A stretch of DNA of 58,334 bases, counting the filler, from Bipalium vagum (Eukaryota), in assembly GCA_037834085.1 (NCBI GenBank). It is 3 parts of 3 records of this genome, joined end to end, with 100 filler letters (N's around TTAATTAATTAA, not from the genome) between each part and the next. Parts side by side here need not be neighbours in the genome. Positions count along the whole stretch, not along the records: positions 1 to 25,121 come from JBBMKC010196831.1; 2 more parts are not named here. One strand, given 5' to 3'. Shown in pieces: positions 1 through 22,291 of the stretch. The notes under the pieces are model-generated. The model did not search any database and was not told the origin of the DNA. It worked only from the letters and a program-made list of their open reading frames with translations. Both the position numbers and the translations under genes were made by a program. Position 1 is the first letter of the stretch. Each line of letters begins with the position of its first letter.

Positions 1-71
<71 letters not shown>
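1..71. repeat. (AAT)n microsatellite
   Basis: Perfect ATA/AAT trinucleotide run from the window start. Confidence 0.95.
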
Positions 72-72
<1 letters not shown>

Positions 73-332
73 GAACATAATTGCAATAGTAAAAACATCT
101 TAATAACAACCATAATTACAGTAAAATCAACTTATATTTTAAGTGGTCTTTATATTTCAGTCGAAACACTGAATAAAGTAAAGTTATTAATTTTTTGATA
201 ATGTTGATGATAATATCCTTTAAAAATCGTCAGTTAGTCAATAAAAATTTTTAAAAATGAAAGAAAAGTTTTTCATGAATAATTTAAGTCTTATAAAACT
301 TGCATCACGTACTTATTTTCTTAAACTTTTAG

Positions 333-3300
333 ATCTAGATCAAGACAAGGCATTGGTACATTGAAAAACGTAAATGGATTTTCTAGCTTTCCAACTCCGG
401 GAATTGATAATAATTTGAAAACAACTTTATCTTATTCCATGCCAGATTTATCAAATATGGGAGGCAAAGTAAAATTGAGGAAAAAGCGTCAAATTAAAGA
501 CAGGTTAATGGTTTTTTAATATTTTTCTTGATTTACATTGATTTTGTATGAATTTTGTGTTACGAAATAACGATTAATTTAGTATATTTCATTAAATATT
601 TTATATTTTCTTTGAAAGATCGGTGTGTACAAGTGAAAATCATTTTCACATTTTTTGTAAATTTAATTTTTAAGAACTTATTTAGAAATAATTATAGAAT
701 CTTAATAAATTTTAATATTTTGTATTATAATAATAATAATAGTGATTTAAAATATTATACATTTTTAGTATTTAAATTCAAAAATTTTTATGAAAAAGTA
801 ATTGGTAAATATTAAGATATTAAAAATTTTACTATTTATTGTTTATTGAATTATTTAGTTATTATTTTATTAAAGCTAATATTTTTAACTAACCGATTTG
901 AAAATTCATGTTGATAGAAGTGGCATAACACCCCTTATTTGGTGAGACTATCTGTTTATTAAATAAAAATATACGAAATGTTAAAATCAATCTGTAAAAC
1001 TACATTTAGTTTATTTACATATTGTTATTCACTTGATGATAATTGTTATACTACGTTGAATAATAAGAACAATTTCAGATAAAAAATTAATTGAATTTCT
1101 AAATGAATTTTAAAATCAAAAGAATATGTACAAAAATGGTGGACCAGAATTTCCAATAATAATTAATATTATTTTCGTTATAGATTTAGTACTAAAGTTG
1201 AGTTGTTTTTCGTTTATTGGTTAAAATGTTATTTCCTCGCATCCATGGAATCGTTTCGCAGACACTGCTAAAAATATAGACAAATGGATTCTGTTCAGGT
1301 TATTTTCACGCAACACTTGCTTCTTCTTAACTGTCAATTTAAATAAGAATATTGTAATTAAATAACAATTATTTGATATTACTCACAATAGCAACGTTGC
1401 CTAATTTTTCTTCTTAAGTTTTGAAGTCTGTTAATATTTTCTTCTCTTAGTCAACTGCTTTTTGAGATTGACCAATACAGATGACGGGTTCTATTATTTC
1501 CCTCTGCAAACTCTAAATTATTCAGCCTTTGTACCTAATAGTATTTTAAATTTAATGTTATTAATCAGTTTTATGATAAATTATCTTTTTACTTTTTGAA
1601 ATATATATTTATTCAATTTCAACGTTTTATTTATTGTACTAGAAATACTCAAAACGCTTAAAATTCCAAGATTATAAACGAAAATTTATACCTACAGTTC
1701 AAACTGTACTTTTAATGTTTTACTTTCTTGTCCCTCTTTAGAATTTTCTTTACATATATTTCTTATTTTACAAAAATTTGGTTCGATTCAAATCTCAAGT
1801 TTTTCATCTATTATACGTTTTTACTAAATAATAAAATTTATTTTTCTAATTAAAATTTACGAAAAATATTTTAAAATTTTAATGGCTTTGAAAAATTAAT
1901 ATCAAAGAATGTATATTTTAATTTCAATAACATTTCTTAAATTATACTAATTATAAAAAAATTGGCTCATTAATTCCATATCATATCATTTTCTTTTATT
2001 TAAAAGGTGTTTAAGTTCAATACTTTTAACAAAGAAATATTATTTTGTTTTACAATTTTTTCTTCATAATATTTTTAAAATAAGATTAAGATTTTTTTAT
2101 TATTAAGTTTTTTTTAATTACTGTAAAATTATAATATAAAATTAATATTTTGTGATAATTTTATTCATTTAACATATGTATAATTTTTTTACTTCTTATT
2201 ATTATATTTATTACTTTTGGAATAGGAAATATTTTAACTGAACTATACCGATTGTTAGGCGTGCTAATAAAAATTCGTTGTGCTCCAGAAAATGAAAACA
2301 ATTTTTAGTAGAAAAACGATTGTTGTAAATAAAAAGTTATGGTCTTTTTTCTTATGAATCGATTATATTATTGGAAAAAATATTTAGGAATTGTAGGAAA
2401 ACAATATGGTTATTGATTCCAACATTTTATTTATCGATATTTCCAATATTCTATTTATTCAAAAATATATAATTAATACGAAACATAAACAGGAAGTGAG
2501 TAATAAAGAATTTGTGCACTTTCAATAAACTAAGATATTTACTAATACAAATCTGCGAAACTCTTAAGTGATAAGATTCTTTTGAACTTTGGAAGTAAAA
2601 TAATGATTTTCCATTGTTCGTAGGTCATTATATTATTTAATCGTGTTTGTGAGTGAAGTGAAAATTGTGAGATTAAAACAGAAAGTAAATTAAATTGATT
2701 TACAATTCACAACATTTTTAATGATCAGTCATTTTCATAAATGAAATGATTTGTAATTTTTGTAATAAGAATTAAATGAACAAATACAATTATTATGTAA
2801 TAATATCAACTTAGAAAAGTGTTTGTGATTAAATGTGTTCAAAGAAAAAAATTTCTTTATTTATATTAATAATAATCTTTCTTTAAAAGTATTCTTTGTT
2901 TAAAAACTCATAGTTTATTAAATATTATATTATTTAGATCAAATATTCTCAGCTGTCTTTTTAAAATTGTGAATTTTAATGTAACAAGGTTTTGATTTAT
3001 GAAATCTTTCACTAAAGTGATATTCGGTTTCTTCATCATCAGTTTCTCTAATATCACATTTTATTGAATATTGTGATTGCCCTTTTCAGTATAATTACAA
3101 ATAACTTATTCTATTATTTTAGAATTCTCGATTCGAATTTTCGAAGGTTATTATAATTAATTTAAATATTTTTGTCAACTTTCACTGCTGTTATCGAATT
3201 TTTTGAGTGAAAAGATTTTGCGATTTTGTAAATGTTGACATTAAAAGTTAAAATTAAATTCTGATGTTGTGAATTTCTTCGAAATTGTGGTCGAAGTTTT

Positions 3301-6300
3301 GAGGTAATTTTTTTCAAAACTGGGTTAGTAGACGCTTCATTCTTGGGTAATATTTGTTGCCACTTTAATTGCACAGAATTGGAAATTTTAAAATACTTTA
3401 GCTGATGAGCACAGAGCTTGCTTTTCTTCCACTTTTTGTCTACAACTTGTCAAAATTTTCACACATTTGTTTTTACGTTAATAAATGTTGGTGTTGTATA
3501 CAATTCTAGCTGAATTATTATTTTTAGTTACAATCGCTTCTCGAGCATTTATGAATTAGAAGAGTAAGTGCAAAGGTTAAACGTCCGTGTTTTGTTGACT
3601 TTTTAGCATTGGAGATGATATTGTTCAAGATATTTATTATTTGCAATTAATAATTTATAACATCTTTGCCAACTAGTTTCCTGCATATATTTCTGACAAT
3701 GTTTCTATCTCCTTTGTGTTTTTCTGGTAGCAATGAGAATGTTGTAATTTGATCGTTATCTAGTTTTCAAATCTGCTTAGTGATATATTAACCTTTTTTC
3801 ATCTATGTGAAATGACTCTGAATTTTATATTAAGAACACAGTCTTGGATTTGTATGGGAAGTGATTTGACACAATCAAATTGCAATTTGGTGATTCCTGT
3901 CAACTCTTCTCCAGTAACAAACGACTCTTTGCAACTCGACGATCAAATGGGTGATAGCAACGAAAAGCTTACAATTTTTGAAATGCTGTCCAGTTCCAGA
4001 TTGCAACGACCGGCAAGCGCTTACGTGAGTATAGAGATATCGATATTAATGATAATTTTTATTGGTTATTTATTAAATTTTTAAAAACTAAATAAGTTTT
4101 CTTCTTATTTCTGTAACCAAGATACGATTTTCGAAATTCTATTTTTTAATATTTGTTAAATTTTATTTCAAGAATCTATGAAAATATTTTTAAATGATTT
4201 AATTTAATTTGCATTTGAAAATATGAAAGAGCAATGAAAATAATCGATCAGTTGCAAAAATCAAAATAAATTAAATATCAAGAAGTCAAAAGGTAAAAAG
4301 AGAATAAAATATGAAATATAAATTTTGCGTGACAAGTTGTCTTTAGTATTTAGTTTGTTCATTATCCTTTATTTTATTTTTTTAAAGATTTTATTAACAT
4401 TTTTAGGTATTTAGTCCTTCTCATAATATGAACGGAACTTTAACGTCAGATTCTGGGTTTTATTCAGATCAGAAATCAAAAATTCAATCGTCCATAGAGT
4501 TATCATCACTAGATTTCCTTATGCATTCTGAATCGATAATCAATGAGCAAGTAACCTTCCATCAGCTCAAAGCCAAACTAATGGCAGATCTCAGTCCTCA
4601 ATTCCAAGGAAATGTTTATTCAGAAATGAATAATATTCCAGCCAGTAAAAAGCCATATTTTTGCCTGCGGGACTGCGAAGATATAACAATGTCATCGGGT
4701 TTGCATTATGTCATTTGTGTACATGGGCTGGATGGAGAGCATCGTGATCTTCGATTAGTTAAAGCCTATTTGACTTTGGCTCTTCCGGAACAGCGATTCG
4801 AGTTTCTAATGTCAGAAGCCAATGAACAGGACACATTTACCGATATTGACATTATGAAAGAGCGACTGGTTGATGAAATTCTAGACAAAATATCTGAAAT
4901 ACGAGAGAAACCTGATAAGATAAGGTAAGAATTAATCCTATGCCCCAAATTCAATTATTGATTATTTTTATTTTGTTGTGTTTGTTCTCTATTAACGCAA
5001 AAATAAATAGAATTACATAAAAACTAAGTAAATTTTTTTATTATTAAATTGAACTAGCCTATTTGGGAACAAAATTTGAATACCTTATAAAGAATACAAA
5101 TAAATTTATTAAACATGGGTGTTAATAAAATTTTAATATATTAATTAATATTTATAAAATAAATTTAATTGTTATTAAAAATTTGAAAAATTTGTTGGAA
5201 AATGATAAAATTTTAAAGGATTATTTAACTGAGGATATTCAAAGTGCGGAAAAACCATACGAACTTATGATATCGAAATAATGTTAGTAGAATAAAGTGA
5301 TCAAATAAAGTTAAGTGATGATACAAAGAGAAAAAAATTATCAGCCAAAATACTGTTTAATTTTTATCCTTTTATTTTGAACTCCAAAGGAACTCATGTG
5401 GATAGCGGTATGAACTGCGGATATCTGATGTTCTCAATGAATATAAAACTTCGTTTTTTCTAATTTGTTTTACCATAATTCCAAAAATATCATAGAAAGG
5501 CAATTGTGTACGTTAGAAGGTAACGTATGAAAAAGTTTAGCAGATGGATACGTAATAAATAGGACGAGGCGAAAGATTTTTGAGAATATTATCAGTAAAG
5601 ATGATATAGAATCAACAGTAATCATAAAGAGCAATGGCTTGACAATCAACAAGAATTGATAGAAGATAACTTCTCGATACGGAAATTTCAAGTAGAAACG
5701 AAATCTTAATAAAGCTAGAAAAAAGACTAAAACATAAATCAGACCCATTCAAGATCATGGAGACTTTTATCATCTAAAACCACAAGTATAATTGAGATAA
5801 AGAGATGCGGAATAACTAGGGAGAAGCTCATTATAAATTATACCTTTCCAATGCCATCAAACTGAAACAAAACATTATAAAAACTCAAACTTATTTTGAG
5901 AAACACTTTGATTTACTCGCAATATCTTGCATTTTATATTGTTATCAATATTCATTTTTATCATATATTGTTAGCGGTTTTGAAAAATTTTCCTCGCTTC
6001 GTTCCAATAGGAAATTGCAACCAAAAAGGCACTCATTCTTGTTTTTTCTAATAACTTGTAAAGAGATCAATGAAAGAATGAGCTCAGCAAAATTATTCCT
6101 ACCTAAACTATAAATCACATCTAATCTTTTCGGTCATATTTCATTTTGTGTTTAGTTACAATTATTTCATTCGCAAAAAATTAAGATTTACGAGAAATAT
6201 GTATAATCCGCCTATTTATTATATACTTAAAATATGGTAAAGAATCAATTATAACGTCACCCTAATATGGCATGACAGGTGAAAAGTATTCATGAAACTA

Positions 6301-9300
6301 AAGAAAAAATCAAAAATTCCATTTATTATTATTATTAATTAAAAAATAATATTTTATTATCGATTGTCGATAATTAATATCTAATCAGAAGGAAATTCTC
6401 AATACATTTGATAAATAAAATGACAATTTTCGAGTACAAAAGAACATCAACATCGGTAACACTTTGAATATCTAGATAGCTTCTAATCGAAAATCAGTTT
6501 TTGAACATTTTTCTGATAGTTCTTTATTACAGAACTGAACTCGAATATATTTCCATTTGTAACAAATATTTTATTGATTTTTTTTGTTATTTCATGACCA
6601 TTATTACTAATAATATTATATTCATTTTTGAGGTGTTGATTAATACACTAAAGGAAAAATATACCCCTCAATGGTTGCCGCATGTTTGACATGCCTGTCT
6701 TAAGTGATTCGTTTAATATTTAGAATCATTCTTTATACTTTTTAATTTTCTATTAAAGATGTCCTGAAAAAATTAATTATTTTCCTTGGGCATTGTGATT
6801 TTGGTTTCCTTGTTAAACTCGATTTTGACTTTTGTTCTTTAATCTATTTAGCATATTTTAATATTTTTTGAGGACAATATTTAGAAAATCTAGTTTTTGA
6901 AACTTTTTTTTAATATTTTTCTTTACCTAACAAATTTATAAATTATTTCCTTCATTAATTTATAATTTTTTTATTTATCATAAAGAATGAATTCTTTGTC
7001 CGTTAAAACTCTTTCGAGATAAAACTGTTTTCAAAGATAATTTCTACTTATATTTCATTTACATAACGCTTCCCATATTCTTATTATGAAAAAAATTCCG
7101 AGAAAATCTACAAAAATCATCGTATTGATTTTTTTATTTTGTAGATAAATATGCATCGAGTATTATTGATTCACAATTGTTTTAGAAAATAATAAAAAGT
7201 CAAGGAAATAAAATTGTATTTACTTGTGTTTTGCTACGCTTATTTAATGCGTTGATAGGAAAAATTATTTTCCAATGAGAAATTAATTGATATTTATTTT
7301 TGAAAAGACAAATTAAAAGTACTCTTTTTCTAATTTCAAGAATTTTCTTCTGTTTTGTGATGTCAGGGTGAAATTTTTGAGTGAGCAAATGTTAAGAAAT
7401 TTTCAAAGGGGATGTTTTAACCTCACAATTGACATTGAAGCAAAATTCGAAAATGGTCTACTCACTGGGTTTTCTAAAAGGTGTAATAATAATTGTCCTA
7501 ATGGGAACATTTATAAGATCTATTACTTTACTCGATGTAATAATCGTACAGTTCAACAGAATAATTGATTGAATAAATGGTAATTAGTGAATTTGTTTTA
7601 AGTATGTAAACACTGTCGTATAACCATACGTAATTGATTTATTATCAGAGTGAAGTAAGGTAATAAATTTGAAGTTTGAAGCGTCTGTCCTAAGATTTTG
7701 AATCTGGATTTACAGAGTATCGTACCCAAAATGTAGAGCATAGTTTTCGGCATATAAAGGTGTGTTAATATCAAAAGAAATGTAATATTGCTTTGGCTTT
7801 TTTTGAAAATATAGATTTCAGAAACCTTTACAAATAGAAAATTAAAATATTTTAAGTCATATAATAATTCCTTTACATCAGAAATGTTTTTTCTCTCAAA
7901 GGGTATTTTATTAATAGATTCAAAACTAGACCATTGATTATAAGGGTTTATAGGCCAAAAGTATTTTTTATCATTTAAAATCATTTACAATTTTCATTTG
8001 AACGTAGTTCGGCTATAATTATTTTAAAAAATATGCCTCCGGTCTAAAAACTAAGAGTTAATGTGAAAGTTTTCAAGTCGATTAAAAGATTGAGTTTAGA
8101 AATGAATTCAAACTGAGGGAAAAATGGCCCGGTGATAGGTTTTAGTCCTCGATTAAATTTAATTGTTTTATAACTTGAACTTTACTCTTTTTATTAATAA
8201 TATTATTATTGATTCTGTTTTAAAACCAATCCAACTTTACTCCATTTAGCTTCATTGGACACAGTCTGGGATGTTTATTAATCAGAGCTGCCATTGCCAG
8301 TCCAAGAATGGCCCAACTGATCCCCAGATTTTACACCTTTTTGTCACTCGGTGGTCCTCATTTAGGAACAGTTTATGGATCAAGTATGTTGGTCAATGTT
8401 GGACTTTGGGTAATGCAAAAAGTTCGAAAATCGATCTGCTTGCAACAATTGGGCATGAAAGACTGTGCAACGGATTTGCGTCAGTCATATCTCTATGGAC
8501 TTAGTGGTCAACCTGGACTGGAGTACTTTAAATACGTTTTATTGGCCAGCTCATCTCAAGACAGATATGTTCCATATCACAGCACTCGAATCGAATTGTG
8601 TAAAGCCGCAGTCAAAGACAATTCAGAAATGGGTTTGTTCTATTTGATATTTCTAATTAAATTACAATGCATTAAAACTCAAATTTATTAATCAGTTAAA
8701 CTTTTTTATTTTTTAAAAATTTTAATTTGTGAATTCACCATGGATTTTTTCATGATAATAATAGTGAATATTTTTAATTTATGATTTCATGAAAAATATT
8801 CTAAACAAAGTTTAAATAGATCTCTTAATTCTGAATACTTTCTCGTTAGACATTATGTCACTGTCGCTTAATCAAAACCCTTATCTGCTTACTTCTCTAT
8901 CATTTATATTCGGTTCTAACTCACTATATCGGAACTGAAATGTTAATCAATGTTCAATTGATAGATTAAAATGAATTTGATTGACTGAATCCCAATGTCA
9001 TTTTAATTGAAAAATTACTCTAAACATATTAATTTTCAAATGGATTTTTTGAATGCCAATTTTCGAACGTTTTTTTCATTTAATAATTTATTTTATCTCA
9101 CAAGATTTAAATATTTCAATAACTTACGGTATTTTTAAAAAACTGATTTAAAAGCTGTGTTTAAATAATGCATGAAAGTTGTCAAAAAAATTTTCAATAA
9201 ATATTAATGGCATTATTTAATATTTCGTAGGTGCTTTTGTTATTATTTTCTAAGATGAAGATGAAATCGATGTTTTTTCGATGATTTGAATTATTTTGTT

Positions 9301-10986
9301 TTGATCATTTTAGCACATACATTTAAACAGTTCTTTTATTATTTTTATTTTATTAATATCTTTAATTGATTTATTTTGCCTTCTATTAAAGTACTGTTAT
9401 CCTTACTGCAAACATTTTTTTTAACATTCTTTTTGGTTTTCTAGCATCTGTAACTTAATTTTATTTTCATTTAACCATTGATTGATCATTTGTGCAATAA
9501 AATTTGAAATATTTGTATAAGATCAATTTCTATAAACAACGCCAACAAAATAATCTAATTTTTTCTTTCGGTTTTCTGTTAGGAATTCATTTTTGGCTAT
9601 TAACATAATATTATTATTTTCTAATTTTTTTTCAAACTTGATCGTAGTTTTTGAAATCCTTTGCAAATATACATGATACTCAAGATTATCTTCTGCAATT
9701 GTTATTTTAAAAATTACGAATGCTTGCAGCTTATATTATTATTTATATTTGACTTAAGAAAAGTGATAAAAAAAAATTACAAATAATCATAAAAAGAAAG
9801 ATGTTATTTTCAAGTAAGATAAAATAAGTGTAATATCTTCATTATCTAAAGGATAAAAATTACATTTTGACATGAAAATTTAATAATTTTGATATTGATA
9901 GAAAAATCCAAACCATTTTGGAGTTTACAGAGTTATTCCAGTTCATTTCTTTATTGAAGAAAAGAAAAAATAAAATTCTTCATTAAACGAATGCTCCTTA
10001 TTATTTATTTATTTATTATTTTTTATTTACTCTTAAATGAGTTGGTGATGTGATATTTTTACTTTAATCTTAAATTTTTATTCACAACTCCTTAAAAATT
10101 AAGGTTATTTATTAATTGTGAAATTAAAAGATTGTATTTTGTATGGTTTGATCTTCATGTAATTCAAATTCCTTTATCGTAAGAAATGAGTTTCAATGTT
10201 GATATTATTTTATTAAATTTTGTTATATTATTTCTCACAAAATCAAAATTTTGTAAAAAAATCCTATTCTCTTACAATTTTTAATTTCATTTTAAACTTT
10301 TATTTATTGAGTTTCTATGTTCTTTATTTATGGTTTTTAGAAGTTTGTTTTAATAATTTTAAAAAAAAGTCTACCTTACATAAAAATATTAGAATTCATA
10401 ATAATTTTCACAATATATAATTTTTTCATAACTTTTATTTTATTTATCATATTATCATGATATTAAGATAATTAAAAAACTCATTGATCGATAATATTTT
10501 TTTTTAAAAATTTTAAGGAATTGATATCTTAAAATAAAAGTAATCAATTGATTTTAGTTAATTTCTTTGAAATTTTTTTGATTTTTAAAATTAACAATAT
10601 AGACTTATTAAAATATATTCGGAAATGATAATATTCATATTGATTGAATTATTGACATATCTTATCAATATTATTAGATTATGCTACTTCGAATAATAAC
10701 AGGAATCGGTATTTTAGTGAATTTCTTTTCTTTAGAGATTTCATGAGGCTCAAAATTTTAATTTAGTTTCTCTTTTTCAGGCGTAGTTTACATGGAAATG
10801 GTAACGAAGCTTCTTCAACGATTATTACGTTCCGGTAAAACCACAGTGATCCGTTATGACGCTCATTACACATTACCAAGATCGGCCAACAATTACATTG
10901 GTCGAGCAGCCCATATCGCTCTAATTGATTCTGAACTGTTTCTTGAAAAGTTTATCAGTGTCAGCGCAGCCAAATATTTCCGATAA
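333..10986 (+). CDS. FAM135: FAM135-like protein (DUF676 putative serine esterase/lipase, alpha/beta hydrolase), 5'-partial; exons 333-503, 3835-4024, 4407-4924, 8250-8632, 10781-10986
   Basis: All junctions are GT-AG with matching phases (2,0,2,1). The spliced product has HYVICVHGLDG, DLRLVK, FLMSEANEQDTF, ISFIGHSLG (nucleophile elbow split across an intron), FLSLGGPHLG, SSQDRYVPYHS and IGRAAHIALIDSELFLEKF, which is typical of the FAM135A/B C-terminus. The first two exons are less certain. Confidence 0.9.
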
Positions 10987-13210
10987 CAAAGTTATTGTGA
11001 TAAATCTGTGCCTTTTCCATCTTCTCTCAGTGCTGTATTGATTGATTTGACAAATTACAGATATAATGTCGATACAACTTTGGATGAGATTTGAATTCGT
11101 ATTCGAGTTCCGTTTCAGAAAGTTACAGTATCGATCGATTTTTGACTGTTGTCTGCAGTCTCAAACGTGAAATTTTTTTATTATGTTCAAAATTTAACCA
11201 CAAGATGGGTTATGACTGTTATAAAAATAATAATAAATCCTTACACTGATATTGATTAGTCCAGTTCCAATGGTGCAATGGTGGTGGTCATTGCCAACAT
11301 TCTTTTTCTTTTGCTGACCATCGTCTGAAGAAAGAAGAGATTTCAAAATTTGGCCGGAAATTATGATGTTTTTTTAATGTCATTATTATTCAACTGATTA
11401 TTGAATATCCTTTATTCCATTCACACATATTTTGACTGTTCACAAATGTTCTTCGTTGATCAATTTCATTATAATAATTGTCAGATCGTATTCACAATTT
11501 GTACACCTCCCAGTCTCTGAATCTTTATGAAAAATTTTGATTTTTCTCAAGAAACAAAATTTTAATTGATTTTTTAAGAAAATATTATTTCTCTTGTTTC
11601 CAGTGCCGTTTTGATCTAAATTTTTAATTAAGTTTTCCCATCTTTGAACTACTTAATTTCTTTTCTATTTTTAGTTATATTCTAACACAGATATTTCCTT
11701 TTTGACCGACTGCAATCTCCGCCATGTAACGAGGTAAATTTAAACCACCTTTTTAGATCGTTCTGACAATGTTAAATAGATATTGTAAAATTTGTTAACA
11801 TTTCAAGTAAACAAACAAGGTTGAACTTAATAAAGAGCCAACAATAATTTTTGCTGTAATTCTTTGATAATGAGTACTTAAAATCCCTTTCACCTGTTTA
11901 TTTTTTATCGATTTTTCATATTTAAGCTTACGGTGATATATATAATGATGGATACTTATTATAAACTTTAATCTTCTTCCAATAATTTTTTTTGTTTCCA
12001 TCATTAGAATTCAAGAGTTAGAAATTAAAACTGGTTTTAAAAAATAAAATGTAAAGACTTGAAATTCTTTGATTTCGATAATTATGAGATTTATTGAAAA
12101 TAAGTCAGAATAATAATTCAATTTGTGATATTTATTTAAGGAAAACTAATTATATTATTTTTATTACTATTATTTACATTATTCCTAAGAACCAAACACA
12201 TCTGACCAACGAAGAAGACAATTTTTCGGTTATAGAGATGGTTAATTAAACGTAAAAATTAATCTGTTAATAATCATAGGGTGCGACTTGTTATCACTAC
12301 CACCTTAAATCCAACTCGGGATTACATAATAGCATTAAAGTTACCTAAAATAAGAATTTCTTAATGATCAGATAATAAATGATATTAATTTAAATTAGTA
12401 AGAATTAAAATACCGAGTTTTTAAATTTTTGATTTCAAATTTATTTTGTGAATTTTAAATAAAACAAATTTAGGTCGGTAAATTAGTAAATGTGACTCTC
12501 AAACTTTAGATTAATTACTAAAATAAATAATTCAAAATAAAATTTTTATAAAAATGTCCAAACAAAGTAAGCTGTTAAGGCTCAGTTATCCGGGAATTTA
12601 AAGGATAAAAAATTACTTGTAAGATTGTTTTTGTAATTATTATTTTATTGTTCATTCTCTTTTAACAGGTAATTATTATTTAATTTTATTGCCCATTAAA
12701 ACTTACATCGACGATTTAACAGTTATTATTCCTTGTGATTCATTTATCAATTCTATCGAGTTTGTTATTGTTATCATTGTGATTCGTGTGTGCTACTGTG
12801 ATATAAATACAAATTATTGCTTTACTGATTTTTGTAATTTTGCACCAGCTAATAGTTGGAGTCAGGTTAAAATTGATACACTGAATATTAAACAAAATTG
12901 TCATAGATAAAGGGAAATCAGCTGTATTAAAAGGATATGTGCAAATTAAAGTTGAAATAAATGATTAATATTGGTAAGTTTGACTTCAAAAAGGCGAGAA
13001 CCAAAAAACAATATTTCTAATATTACATTTTAATTAATATAACATAACAAAAATTAATTTATAAATATTTATTAAAAAATTTTAAGTTTTCTTTTAAAAA
13101 GCAAATAATTAAATTAATGTTAATAGAAATTTTATTAATTTGTTCAATTAAATAGATAAAATTAAAATAAATAATTATTCAACTACACAATTATTTTCAT
13201 CAAATAAATA

Positions 13211-14145
13211 CAGGGTGGGCAAAAAGTAGATCACCAAAACACAAATTTCGTTTGATAAATTAATAACAAGAAATATGTTATATTGATAAAATCAAATAAA
13301 CATGTGTTTATAAATGTTCAAAATGCTGGTCATTAGCATTGAAACAGAAATCTAGTCTCTTTTCAAAGCTTTTAAAAACCGGCCAAGTAAGTCATTTTTT
13401 CCGTCAATATGGTTACAGGCTTCAATGATTCTCTGACGCAGATGAACATCACCTGTTATTTTTGTGGAATACTCCATTCGTTTCATGTGGCTCCAAAAGT
13501 AAAAGTCCATTGGAGTCAAATTTGGTGATCGGGGGTTCATTCTACTGTGCCTCTGGATCCAATCAAAATTTTCATTTAACCAATTACGCACGATTGTCCC
13601 ATAATGCTGTGGAGCACTATACTTCATGAACTATAATGACATACTATCATCAATAAGATCAAATTGCGGTATGAAAACCTTCAGATTTGATAAACTGCCG
13701 CATCGAGCTTGGAATGGCAAGTTCCAATGAAGATCGCCGCACGGATTTCATTGGAGTTTTCTGAATTTTTCGGATGACACGCATCCGTGTTTTTTCAAGA
13801 ATTCGGGTCTTCCTCTCTTTTGTTTGACTAAGACATTACCAGATTCCCGAAATTTAATCAACAGTTGCTCAAATGTTGTATGAGAGACATGCTTTTTATC
13901 AGGATGAGTCTGATTAAATCTCTCAGCCAGTCTATTTGTAGCACCATCGCAATCACACACCAATACGAGTTTAACTCGTTGATCAACTGATAACGCCATA
14001 ATATCTTTAATATAAAAAATAGATATAAAATAAAATGTAATTAACAATAAATTTAATTATACCTCGTCAAATTTTAATAATTTGATGCACTTAAACTAAT
14101 AAATTTTCTTATTATGTTTTAGTGCGCTACTTTTTGTCCATCCTG
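13211..14145 (-). mobile_element. Internally deleted Tc1/mariner-superfamily (IS630-Tc1-mariner, DUF4817-HTH type) DNA transposon with both TIRs
   Basis: TA|CAGGGTGGGCAAAAAGTAGATCACCAAAACA at 13211 is matched by an imperfect inverted copy ending at 14145|TA. ORF remnants: HTH (LAERFNQTHPDK...KFRESGNV...GRP) and DDE C-terminus (APQHY...RSPNLTPMDFYFWSHMK). Confidence 0.88.
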
Positions 14146-14768
14146 TATTATACGCAATCTTGACTATAAATTCGGAAAGTGTAGATAAAGTATGAAGCAG
14201 TAAAAATTTATCAATAGTGACAAAAAACCATTATGGATAAACAGGTACGATTGAGGATCTCAATTGCACGATGGACGACTATAATTTAAGAAAAATAACT
14301 TTTGTCTTACTAAAATGTTAAAGCATACTTGAACATCAAAATATTATTTTACTTTAATTGCTTACATTGTTACACAATGCATATATTCTAGAATTTCATA
14401 CATTAAAAGATTAGATTATGTTAATGATTTAAGAAATATCTTTCATACTTTGTAATTTCTAAAAAAGGTACTTTATAATTTAAGTTGTTATAAAGAATTT
14501 CATATGAGACGAAAATTTCGTAAATACATATTAATGAAATTCATTGGTTTAAATTCTTACTATTCTTATTAAATAAGTTTAAATAAAAACTGATTTAATG
14601 TAAATAGAACAAATAAAAACTTCTATATAAATGATTAATCTAAATGTCATGGATCATTAAATGATGTTGCTAAATTTTATACAATCATTTTTACTTAATT
14701 CATAAGAAGTTATTGTTTGTTTAGATTAATAAATAAATCACCGGTTTTGGGAATTGTGATAATATTTC

Positions 14769-14818
14769 GTAAACATATTTGTAAACACTCGTTATTTACA
14801 ACCAGTGCATTGTAAATA
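14769..14818. promoter_or_regulatory. Cluster of forkhead-consensus sites upstream of the FoxK start codon
   Basis: GTAAACA at 14769 and 14781, TATTTAC (reverse GTAAATA) at 14793, GTAAATA at 14812. Confidence 0.3.
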
Positions 14819-14855
14819 AAGAGTATAAACTACAATCTTTAAAAACATTGAAATT

Positions 14856-22291
<7,436 letters not shown>

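Noticed and set aside
7368-7984. ORFs within FAM135 intron 3
   Set aside because: No convincing motif; possibly a very decayed transposon but it cannot be assigned
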